Shown here piece by piece: positions 52,229 to 64,000 of a DNA stretch of 64,000 nt (positions are counted from its first letter, which is position 1; every line of letters starts with the position of its first letter). The stretch comes from Eledone cirrhosa (lineage: Eukaryota): NCBI GenBank assembly GCA_964016885.1, contig OZ024742.1, positions 228,904,001 through 228,968,000 on the forward strand, written 5' to 3'. The position numbers were made by a program, and so were the translations under genes. The notes below the pieces were generated by a model. The model searched no databases and was not told where the DNA came from. It was given only the letters and a program-made list of their open reading frames with translations.

Positions 52229-55200
52229 GATAACTGCCAATTCCTTACAGAAGACGGTCTTCTTTTCAACGATTTCCCGGTTATTATGAACCACCGCCTA
52301 CTGCAGGTTGCTGGCTAGTTTGATTACTGAACAGGCTTTGTTTAGGTCACATTTTCCCGACCGTTTCCATGTGGTATGGGTCGCAGTGCGTCCCTAAAAA
52401 AGGCTGCTCAGATGCTCAAGACTCTGCTGAAGCACGTTGTTGTTTAGATTAACAGTGCAGCGACGTTAGGATAAGACTTAGACCACTCACGTGTAGATTT
52501 GTGACTATCTGCTTCTAACCGGTTGAGTCTCCTTCACAGAGACCGGATTAGTCAATCAGTTAAGCGGGTGTTGACGGGGGAAATCGTCAATGACAAGTTG
52601 TGGTTCACTGTAAAAAGTGCGATTCGAGTAGATTCGATAAGTTTTAGTAAATCTGTAGTAACATAAAAAACTAGAGGAGCGGGAGAGATAGTTAAAAAAA
52701 AACTAGAAGAATTAATTAGTAAAGGCATCGCAACCGACGTGCTTGCGGCGAGATTGGCCCTGGACATATTCTTCATTTCAGCACGACGGCTGCGTTGTCA
52801 GAGCTAAGCCACATGCTCTTAGACACGGTGCCAGTTCGAAATAAACTCTATCGGCATGAAGTGCCGTCAGCCGGGCCTGTCCGAGAAGCATGTTGGGTGA
52901 TGAAACCGTCCTACTTGCACTAGTCAAGTGTCCGGGCATTGCTGACATGTGGGCTTAAGTCTCGCAACTGCTGTCTCATGTAGGACGAATGCGACTATCA
53001 GCTAAGTCCATTATGAAGATCACCCCGTCACTTTCCTTTAGCCAGGAAGGGCAGGCTGTTTTTATCTGTCTGTTGGACACATCTGAAAGGGTTGAAGACA
53101 AGCACTTTCCTCTTTAGCGAAGCCTTGATTAGCTTTCTCAGGGTTCACTTGAAGAAGAAAAGTCCGAGTAGAGAGGGAAGTGCCGCCTTCCAGCGAGTTT
53201 GTTGAAATGCGGGTAAGACCGCCGAACATATCCCGAGTGAATGTGCCCGCTCTGAGTGTGCTCATGTCAATTGGAAGAGGACAATTGAGACAGATCACTA
53301 ACCCTAGACACCAGGGCACCCGCCAGTTTGTGTTTTTCTTTCATGAGCCGCTCCTCCCTATTGAGGATTTCCCATTGTAAAATTTGTTTATTGTTACCTG
53401 CTTTTTACTAATGTTAAATCTGTTTACACGCAAAACTTACACACCAACCACACTCATTCACACACTATGTTTCCATTCTGTGTCGTCCTAATATTTATTT
53501 AATGTAAACCCTTTGTGGTGAATAAAGAAATAATTATTAGTATTATTATTATTAACATTATGATGTAGATGCTAAATATCTAGCTGTGACCTGCATCTTA
53601 GGATATTCAGCACAGATATGCCAATAACCACAACTGTCAGATCAGATACCGCAAAACACCCATTCCGACTCATTAACAATTCAAATCAAACTACCAGCCC
53701 TTGGAATGGTACTTTATTTATCGACCGCGAAATGAGGAAAAGCAAAGTTGGCCTCGGTGCATTTGAACTCAGAGCGCAAAGAGCCGGAGCAAATAACTCT
53801 ATATTTAACCCTAACGACTCTGCCAATTTGTTGCCTTAAAATATGTTCATTTATGTACCTTTACCTACTGATTGAGTTGTATTATGCAATGCGTCGGGCA
53901 TTTAACTCAGACTGAGCCTATCCCTCTCTAATCTGAACACAGCCGATTTCTTCAAGAGAAGTAGTGAGCCAGTGTTAGAGAGAGAACATATGAAAGAGAC
54001 ATCAGATGAATCGACCCCATTAATGAACTGGTACTTTATTTATGGACTGCGATATGATAAAAGGCAGAATGTGAATTCAGAGTGCAGAGAACTGGACCGA
54101 ATACCTAAGTAGTTAATCCGACGCCTCATGAATCAAACAATTCGTTACCTTAATATAGTTGATCGATATTTACATATAGGACACGGTATTCATAATTTAG
54201 ACCACACTGTGTTTAGACAGTGGTTCACATACGGAAAACAAATTAGCAAAAATCAAATACCAAGCTAATAGGATGGTTTGTAAAATATTTAAAGAGACAA
54301 AAAGCGTATTAAAAAAAAAAAAATAACCCATAAGATGTAGGCCATGGTGTGTTTGAACGAAGATCGAAAATACAAAGAATGCTGTATTGCCGTAAAGAAA
54401 AAGCAATGTTTCCGTCAATATTACTTTGAATTGTATTAAGTGATAGTAAAAAGCTAACGTTAAAGACGTGTATAACAATGGCGATCAATAATGGCTACTG
54501 GGTAAAACAGAATAACAAAGATGTAGTATGGTACGAAATATATGTTGAAAAAAGCAATGCTTTGAAAGAAAAATCTCTACAAATAGCATTGATAGAATAC
54601 AAACAAAAGGAAGCTCTTTAGATCCCTTTCTTATTCCGAATTTGTCTTTTTCTTTTTGGTTTCTTATGAGGATTATATAGTTCGTTCTGAAGCAACGTAA
54701 CAAAAGAAAGGAAAGGCCCTTAGCTGTCATCGGTTTTCTACTAACTCTGAATAAAAGCTAGACATAAGCAACAGAATAGGCTTAGATTTTGAAATTCAAA
54801 AGAGAAGATGACTGTTCAGTTTATGTTGCTTGCATGAGATATGTAAAATGTGGGCGTGTGTGCATACGTGTATGTATGTATGTTTGTGTATGTGTGCATC
54901 TGTTGGATATATATACGTAATTGAATGAACAATTGAGGCAGGCTTAAGCCCGGTATATTTTCTGTAAGAATTTAAATGTATATGTGGACAATTACTGATG
55001 CCGTAATTTGGTACCAGACTCCAGATTTATAACATAATAGAAATGATATTAATATGATGTAAATATGTTGTGAATTTGATACACTTTAAATCATCAAATT
55101 GGCAAAGTCGTTTTAACTGATCGTCAGATTAACTGCCTCGGTATTATCCTGGCTGACGGAGTTCTGAGTTCAAATCCCTCTAAGGTCAATTGGCCTCTCA

Positions 55201-55709
55201 TCATTGGAAATGTGCTATATATTATTACATTTGCCATGTCAGGTGCCCGAAAGTGTTGCTGGAGTCGTAGGGTCACTATCAACTTCTTCTTTTTCTTCTT
55301 CTTGACCGGTAATTTATTTATTGATCTCGAAGGTACGAAAGGCGAAGTTGACCGTAGTGGGATTTGAACACAAAGTACACAGCGACGGAACGAATACCGC
55401 ACAATATTGTATCTGTTGTTTTAGTGATTCCGCTAATTCGCCACCTACTTTTACATATTGGAAATACGTGAAGATTTCAATTACATACCGAATATTCTGT
55501 TTTAAAACATATTTGAGGAGTACCAACAAATCTTCGTATTAATCTCGTTCAATGAGAACAAGTTAGTTGGTATTCATCCATCATTAACAATCGTCTTTAT
55601 CAATCAACAGGAGAAGGAGATTGTGGATGACTTCAACAATTTCGGAAGCTCCATCACCAGAAATAGGGATATGGTGAAAGAAATTGGTTGCAGAAGAGGC
55701 GAACACGCA

Positions 55710-55757
<48 letters not shown>

Positions 55758-56244
55758 CATAATACATTCACACACATGCATGTAAAATATAAAAGGGTAA
55801 GAATTTTTATGATAAAAATGTATGATGGAAGAAAGTGACTACGTATCTGTTGTGTACTAGACAAACACATAGACCAGTATATTAAGACAGCTTGACAGCT
55901 TTTCAATGGGCATCTGAACAGTTTCCGCCCACTAAATGTCAGTCACGGGTTATTACTTAACCCCGAAGTAAGCGAAAGTAGAAGTCAGTGCCTCACGGTT
56001 CGACGGGTTTTTTCTTTAATTGATCATTATAATTTCCCATATATCGACAGTCGATCGACTTTTGTCAAATCGGACCGAGGAAACAATGGTTCCATTTGTC
56101 TTTCCAATTGCTAATACTGTCTATCGGTCGCAACTCCAGGTAGAAGGAGCAACGTGAAATAAAGTGTTTTGCCCAAGGATTGCATCGCCCGGTCCGGGAA
56201 CCGGATTGAGAGTCCAATTCTCTAACCACTCAGCAACACGCCTT

Positions 56245-56334
<90 letters not shown>

Positions 56335-56392
56335 TATATATAAATATATATATAAATATATATATAAATATATATATAAATATATATATATA

Positions 56393-56478
<86 letters not shown>

Positions 56479-56603
56479 TATAAATATATATATATATATA
56501 TAAATATATAAATATATATATATATAAATATATATATAAATATATATATAAATATATATATATAAATATATATAAATATATATATAAATATATATATATA
56601 AAT

Positions 56604-56659
<56 letters not shown>

Positions 56660-56664
<5 letters not shown>

Positions 56665-58554
56665 TGTGAGGTTTTTTTTACAAAATGAAAAATAACCGAG
56701 GTGTCCTACACGAGTGAAAATATAAAGAAAAAGAGATGAAATCGAAAATGCAACTGAAGTCTTATTTTTTAAAAAAATATATATATTTATTTGGTTCCTT
56801 TACCGGTTTCGCAGTTCTTCTGCTTTTCAAAAGGTGAGTTGAGATGGAGAGTCTGTGGTTTTTCTCACATCTGGTTGGTCTCTGAATGTTACTTGTTTTA
56901 TATGGAAGAAGTGGCTCGAAATTCCAGGTCTTTCGAGAAGTAATTTGATTGGTTTGTCAATAATTATAATAAATTTCGCGCCAGTTCGCGTTACAATAGT
57001 TCTTCAAATAAGAGGGGGGGGGGTTGTCACAGGTTGTTTTTTCATATATGAGTGTTTGAATTTCTTTTTACTTGAAAAAAGGAGGCTCACGAAGGCTTTT
57101 TTTTGGTTGGTTATAAATGAAATTTGGCTGTCACGTGAACAAGTTTTTATTACATTTTTGCGCCCTTATTTGGAAAACTATTCTGTAGTCTTTATAGTGA
57201 ATGTTATGACAATGGAGAGATAGTGGTCAAGAGAAAAGGGATTGGGAGAAATGTTCTGGTTCAGTGAATATGGCCAGCTCGCCGGGGTGTCAGAGTTCAG
57301 ATTTTCTATTGAGACTGAAGATATGTATGTTTATTTGTGTGCTTGTGTGTGTGTATGTGTGTGTGTGTGTGTGTGTATGTGTGTATTGGAAGATGATTCT
57401 ATTAGTAGAGATGGGGGAGGGAGTTGTGTGTGTGTGTATATGGGTGTTATGTGTGTGTGTGCGAGTATGTTAAGATGGAGAGAATATATATTTTGTGTGT
57501 GTGTATATATATATATGTGTGTAGGAAAGTGGTTCTATTAGTAGAAATGGGGAGGGAGTTGTAGGTGTGGGGGTTGTTATGTGTGTGTATGGGTGTTATG
57601 TGTGTGGGAGTATGGTTAGCATGTTAAGATGAAGAGAATATATATATATATATATTGTGTGTGTGTATGTGTGTGTGTAGGAAAGTGATTCCTTTAGTAG
57701 GAATATTTTTGAATGAACATATTTTCCTTACTTTTTCGTGTTTGCTGTTGTATTGCCAGTGCAAACGTATGTTAAGGTTTATTTAGTTCGGGTTTTTATT
57801 TTCTAAAGTAGAAGGTGTTATGTGTGTGTGTGTATGTCATATTGTGGTGTTGACATAATGTATATTAAACCTTATTTAATGTTGGTCTATATTTTTGAAT
57901 AAACATATTTTCCTTATTTATTCGCATTTGTTCTGTTGTATTGTTAGCGCAAGGGTAAAATGGGAAGACTTGGAATTTGGGTGTCTTATTACTTGCGCAA
58001 ATGTCTAGATGTGCGCTTAGTGGTATCTGTCTCGTGGTTGGATCTCGTAATTGTTGGCGATGAACTGTCATTCTGTTTCTGAGTGTGAGTTTAGTTTGTC
58101 CTATATAATCTTCATTGCATCCTTTACATTTAATGGCATAAATTAGATTTTTTTGATGAGCAAGTGAAGTGATTTTTTACAGTAAAATTTTGTCCTGATT
58201 TAAATGTATACGTGTTGCCTTCAATGAGGTGAGTGCAGGTTCCACAATTAGAGCGACCACATTTTTTTATACTTGGTTGTGGGTTTGTGGTAGGTAATTT
58301 GGCATTGATGAGTAATGTTTTCAGTGATTTTGGTTGTCTTTTGCTTTTGATTATTTTGTGTGTTTCAGGGGCTTTTTTCATTCTTGGGTTTTGTTTTAGT
58401 AGTGGGATGTTATTGTGAATAGTGTTGTAAGCTTCCGCATTTCTTGGGTTGTGTGTTGAGATATATGATAGAAAACCGGTAAAGGAACCAAATAAATATA
58501 TATATTTAAAAAAAAAATAAGACTTCAGTTGCATTTTCGATTTCATCTCTTTTT

Positions 58555-58560
<6 letters not shown>
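56660..58560 (-). mobile_element. 3' fragment of a Penelope-like element (Neptune-like GIY-YIG) with long 3' region and a short inverted 5' segment
   Basis: SKRQPKSLKTLL...KCGRSNCGTC...FTCSSK (58130-58470), then C..CNEDYIGQT..LRNRMTVHRQQLRDP..LSAHLDIC..E..FIQKYRPTLN (to 57865). 58471-58558 is an inverted copy of about 56722-56810. (TA)n lies on both sides. Confidence 0.85.
56797..56834 (-). ncRNA. Hammerhead ribozyme motif, U3-A8 core variant
   Basis: Minus strand reads cctt-TTGAAAA-gcag aagaa ctgc-GAAA-ccgg-TA-aagg. All stems pair. Confidence 0.78.
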
Positions 58561-58619
<59 letters not shown>

Positions 58620-58623
<4 letters not shown>

Positions 58624-59470
58624 ATAGAATGAAACGAAATTTCATTTCTCACTCTTAGTACGGCACTTACTTAAATATAAGTATGTATGTATACGTACAT
58701 GCATATATGTATACAGACATACAGTAGTATGTATATATATACATACATGCACACATATATATATATATGCACGTATCGGTTTACCGAACTTTATTATAAT
58801 GCTCGGTTTGTTTGTTTGTAAACAAACAAACAGCCCGAATTACGCCGTACAGTGTTTAGGCAACCACGTCACCTTTTTGTTCAACACTGTCACAGGAAAG
58901 ATGTACTAGTTTCAAGCTTATTAGCTATCGTCAGCAATGTATACCTTCCTGCCAAATGGTTGAACGTCTGAAAGTATATACTTTCCTTATGCATATTAAC
59001 GGCTGAGCAGCCTAATTTGCATATTCCATTTATCGTTTTCGGTGTCCCCGACCGACTGAACTCACTCGATATGCAAATTAGGCCGCTTTGCCCTTAATAT
59101 GCATAAGGAAATATATACTTTCAGACGTACAACCATCTGGCAGGAACTTATACGATGCTGACGATAGCTAATAAGCTTGAAACTAGTACATCATTTCTGT
59201 GTCAGTGTTTAACAAAAAGGTGACGTGGTTGCCTAAACACTGTACGGCGTAATTCGGGCTGTTTGTTTGTTTACAAACAAACCGAGCATTATAATAAATG
59301 TTCGGTAAACCGATACGTGCATATATATATGTGTGCATGTGTGTATATATATATACATACTACTGTACGTCTGTATACATATCTGTATGTACGTATACAT
59401 ACATATACACTTACATATATATAAATATATATATATATTTATAAATATATAAATTCCGTTTCATTCTATT
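58620..59470. repeat. Large fold-back (~350-400-bp arms) carrying an HHR in each arm; related fragment at ~45560-45780
   Basis: About 58680-59023 is the reverse complement of about 59070-59412, and the outermost ends also match. Confidence 0.9.
59154..59192 (+). ncRNA. Minimal type I hammerhead ribozyme (mirror copy at 58900-58938, minus strand)
   Basis: gatg-CTGACGA-t agct aata agct t-GAAA-ctag-TA-catc. Confidence 0.85.
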
Positions 59471-59915
59471 TTGACCAATTTTCAATGTTGTGAAGATTGG
59501 GCAAGTTCAATTTTTGAATCATTTCTTTCATGCAGTAATTAAACTTTTCCAAACGTCGTCATTTCTGGATTACCTCCCCTAGCGTCACGCTTACTACTCA
59601 CTCACTTGAACACAAGATTTATCAGCAAACTTTGATTATAAACTTTTTCCCGCTGGACCAGATTTCTAGATTTTTAAGCCAAAAGATGCGTAATGATCTA
59701 CTGTTCATGCCCATATAAGTTTTATCTCAGTTAAATAAAGTAGAGCCGCGCTGTACTGTCGTAAACAGACGATTGCCAACGAAAACACGACCACAACAAT
59801 ATTACTAAACGGACTACCGTCCGTTTAGGATAAATATATATATATATATAAATATATATAAATATATATATAAATATATATTTAAATATATATATAAATA
59901 TATATATATATATAA

Positions 59916-59964
<49 letters not shown>

Positions 59965-60189
59965 AATATATATATAAATATATAAATATATATATATATC
60001 CAAAATTAAGGTAAATTAAATGAATTTAATCTAGATCAAAATTATGGGTGTCATGCCAGAAAGACATGCGTCATTTCACCCGGAAAATAAACTCTAAGAT
60101 TCTAACGAGTATATATATATATATATAAATATATAAATATATATATAAATATATATATGTAAATATATATATAAATATATATATATAAA

Positions 60190-61358
60190 AATAAAGTATG
60201 AATTCCTACGTGTAAAAAATACATATAGGGAAACAAGTATTATCCAACCGTATGCCAATATGGTTCTATGGCGGGTTAATAAATTAACAAGCCAGAACTT
60301 ATAAAATCAAGGTCTAGCAAAATTTTAAAAAATTCGCAGTACTTACTATATGTGCCTTTACCGCGTTTTCATGCTCTAGAATAACCGGAAAATCCAAGCG
60401 GATTTCCATTGAGAAGGGAGCAATCTTCAGAAGGCTCTTCTCCCTCGGAGAATATCAAATTCCCGAGTTCAAATCACAAACTAACGCCATACAAAACCAT
60501 TCCCAAATATGAGCGAATGAGGAAAGAAATAATTCTGTCTGGTGCCGTGTGCAAAGACAAAAGGCAGGGTCGACAGATCAATGACCTGCCACTAGAAATA
60601 GCAGCAGTCCAAATGGCCAAAATATTATCTCTACATTAGGGGGAGATCAATAATAATAAAGTATGAATTCCTACGTGTAAATAATATATATAGGGAAACA
60701 AGTATTATCCAACCGTATGCCAATGTGCTTCTATGGCGTGTTAATAAATTAACAAGCCAGAACATATAATATCAAGGTCTAGAAAATAGAGAAAAGGTTT
60801 TAAATAAATTTTAAAAAATTCGCAGTACTTACTATATGTGCCTTTACCGCGGTTTCATGCTCCAGAATAAACGGAAAATCCAAGCGGATTTCTATTGAGA
60901 AGGGAGCAATCTTCAGAACGCTTTTCTCCCTCGGAGAATATCAAATTCGCGAATTCAAATCACAAACTGACTCCATACAAAACCATTCCCAAATGTGAGC
61001 GAATGATGAAAGAAATAATTCTGTCTGGTGCCGTGTGCAAAGACAAAAGGCAGGGTGGACAGATCAATGTCCTGCCACTAGAAATAGCAGCAGTCCAAAC
61101 GGCCAAAATTTTATCTCTACCTTAGGGGGAGATCAATAATAATAAAGTATGAATTCCTGCGTGTAAAAAATACATATGGGGAAACAAGTATTATCCAACT
61201 GTATGCCAATGTGGTTCTATGGCGGGTTAATAAATTTACAAGCCAGAACATATAAAATCAAGGTCTAGCAAATAGAGAAAAAGTTTTTAAATACATAAAA
61301 AAAAAATTCGCACTACTTACTATATGTGCATTTACCGCGATTTCATGCTCCAGAATAT
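60190..61358 (-). mobile_element. Second HHR-containing tandem array (~2.4 units of 465-486 bp) abutting (TA)n
   Basis: The unit start ATAAAGTATGAATTCCT falls at about 60191, 60656 and 61142; the copies are moderately diverged. Confidence 0.85.
60354..60435 (-). ncRNA. Type I hammerhead with long branched stem II (second copy 60840-60921, partial third ~61328-61357)
   Basis: Minus strand reads gcctt-CTGAAGA-t tgctc...gagca t-GAAA-acgcgg (ccgcgg in copy 2)-TA-aaggc. Confidence 0.8.
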
Positions 61359-62614
61359 TGGAAGTTGGAATTCCTTTTATTAATATAATCTTCTATACAC
61401 AATCATACACACCCGTGTATATTTATTCATATATATATATATTTTAAAATGCCGCATTAGCTAATACAACATCCTTAGCTGAAATAATTAATAATTATAG
61501 AAAAGAGAATATCGATTATAACCTGACCTGGAGTGTGCTCAAAAGGGCCACCCCTTATCAAAATAATAGATATGAATGTAAATTATGTTCCCAGGAACTC
61601 TTTGAAAAAATGAAATCTAAGGATATCCTATTAAATAAGCGACAAGAATTAATTATATCATGCAATCATAGAATTACAAAAACTTTCAAATATTATAAAC
61701 CTAATTAATATACACTTATATTTTACAAATTATTATAATTAAATTTTTTTAAATTAGTTAATCTATAATTAATATTCTACTACTAAGAACTGCATAATTT
61801 TATTTCCCTTTTACAGCTATCTTCTTCTAAAATTTATACCAATACGTATACATATAAACTATTTTAATTTCCTGTTATGAATCTATATTCCTTGTTATTT
61901 CTCACTAATACATTTATCCCCCCCCCCCCCAAATTTTTTTCCTTCGTTTTTAACAACATTCTTTAATAACAACTAACTCTTATTTATCATATCTATATGA
62001 ATTAACATAAATTTATCCCTATAAATATACCTATCAATTAAATTAATTTAATTTCTTTTTATAGATCGAAATTCGTTATGTTTTAAATAAGATTGATATT
62101 TTTCACTAACAAATTTATCATAAACTTTTATTCTCCTTAGATTTTAACATTAGCATTATTCTTTAATAACATCAATTTTTCGTGTACCTTTAACCGGCTT
62201 GACCTATTTTCATCCCCAAAGTAATCTTTTCATTCAAAATACTCTTTCCATTCAAAACTAAAGTCTGTATTCTTCTACCCCTAAATTAAATTTCTATTAC
62301 TACTATTCTATCAACTTGACCACTTACTACCTTTCTATTGGTCAATTCAAAACCTGTTCCCAAACAGACCTATTTTATTAAATCTTTGTTGTTTTTTTTG
62401 AATAAACAAATATCATTATTTCTGAAGACAGCATATATATATGTAGGTATGTATATTCCCTCTGATAGTTTGAAAAACTTTTACATACATCTATATGATA
62501 TACATACCAATACACACATATATATCCTAGAAACGATCGTAAAATGATGAATTTTTTAATATGAGGAACTGTTTCTTTGTTTTTATTCATTATTTTTATT
62601 CATTATTTTAATTA

Positions 62615-62684
<70 letters not shown>

Positions 62685-62716
62685 GTATGTATATATATAT
62701 ATATACATATGTATAT

Positions 62717-62747
<31 letters not shown>

Positions 62748-62844
62748 TACATATGTATATATACATATATACATATATATATATACACACACACATATAT
62801 ATATATATATACATATATACACACACAGACACACAGACACACAG

Positions 62845-62876
<32 letters not shown>

Positions 62877-62877
62877 G

Positions 62878-62924
<47 letters not shown>

Positions 62925-63122
62925 CAAGTAAGTATGTTTTGAAACAGTGAGCGAGTTTGAAATTAGAAATTGAATAACTTTCAGCGTATTTTTGGCTAAA
63001 GAACCTGGATAACCAAAGATGTGGGTTCGACTCCCATGTACGTCAATACTCATCTTTTTCCATTTATCTGAGGGTTCTAATCCCCATTATCAGGCTAAAT
63101 TTTCTTTAGTAAAAAATACGGT

Positions 63123-63162
<40 letters not shown>

Positions 63163-63193
63163 CATATATATACATACATATATATATACATAC

Positions 63194-63280
<87 letters not shown>

Positions 63281-63318
63281 GAAAGATTTGAATGGATACA
63301 GTTTAGTTGAAAGGAATT

Positions 63319-63433
63319 TATTGACACGTGTTTCTATAACAGTTACATAACCTAAAACAGCTATCTACAAACTTTTAGTTATGCAGACATTCAATATTTC
63401 AATGTTATTATTTACTGTCATTTCATCAGAATA
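63319..63433 (-). ncRNA. Type I hammerhead motif with ~90-nt stem II, at the 3' end of a decayed PLE-like fragment (~63280-63720)
   Basis: Minus strand reads tatt-CTGATGA-a atgacagt...actgttat a-GAAA-cacgtg-TC-aata, about 40 nt from (TA)n. Confidence 0.75.
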
Positions 63434-64000
63434 ATATTACTGAGGACCTATTTAGTTTTTATAGAGAATATTAGGAGGGAGGGGTGAAGTTGTTAGAAGA
63501 ATAGTTGAAGGAGTGGTTTTTCGATAGCAGTGAGAATTCTTGGTGGCAGTGAGTAATTAGATTCCCATCTGTTGTTTTGACATTTTTTATGGAATATATT
63601 ATTGGTTATTTTTCTAAATCTATAGAAGGATTAGAGATAGTAAAGATATGCGTGGTTGGTTTTGTGTTTGCACTTAACATTCAGACTTAAATTTTTCTTT
63701 CAAGTGTACGTATTCTTTCACCCACGCATTCACACACAAATATATTTGCACACCTCTACAAAATACATATACTCACAATTCACATATTCATACTTACATA
63801 TATATACACATGCATACACATATATATACACACATGTATTCATGTACATACATACGCGCTCATGTGTATACATTTTCATACTCAACTTATCTTTATATAT
63901 ACACACGTATAGACACACACATATATACATACATACTCTAGTCCATGTGTACACACATACGCATACATACACATCCACATACACATACATACATACACAT

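Noticed and set aside
52280-53030. Possible LINE endonuclease remnant (also weak LINE-like traces at ~40250-40380 and ~49830-50100)
   Set aside because: Too degenerate to classify by eye.
54197-54730. Two hydrophobic minus-strand ORFs resembling a membrane protein
   Set aside because: Hydrophobicity is expected from T-rich sequence; there is no recognisable motif or exon structure.

Overview
This is a very AT-rich eukaryotic (metazoan) window full of (TA)n/(CA)n/(GA)n microsatellites. The SINE content and overall texture suggest an octopus or other cephalopod genome (inference). I recognise no intact host protein-coding gene, and most ORFs in the track are microsatellite artefacts. The window is a mosaic of transposon relics: one complete but decayed hAT (hATm-like) element with an 8-bp TSD, several RTE-clade LINE fragments, many tRNA-derived SINEs, a pogo/Tigger-type MITE, and at least six Penelope-like element (PLE) fragments with RT/GIY-YIG remnants. 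The most striking signal is non-coding: about 20 distinct type I hammerhead ribozyme (HHR) motifs read by eye, on both strands, nearly all a short distance from a (TA)n tract. They include a near-perfect 7.4 x 310-bp tandem array with one HHR per unit (23881-26180) whose edge falls exactly on the predicted self-cleavage site, a second 465/486-bp HHR array (60190-61358), and a diverged relative of the 310-bp unit with compensatory base changes (46376-46630). Together these look like a family of retrozyme-like non-autonomous retroelements mobilised by PLEs and targeting (TA)n. All structures were assigned by manual inspection, so coordinates of degenerate elements are approximate.
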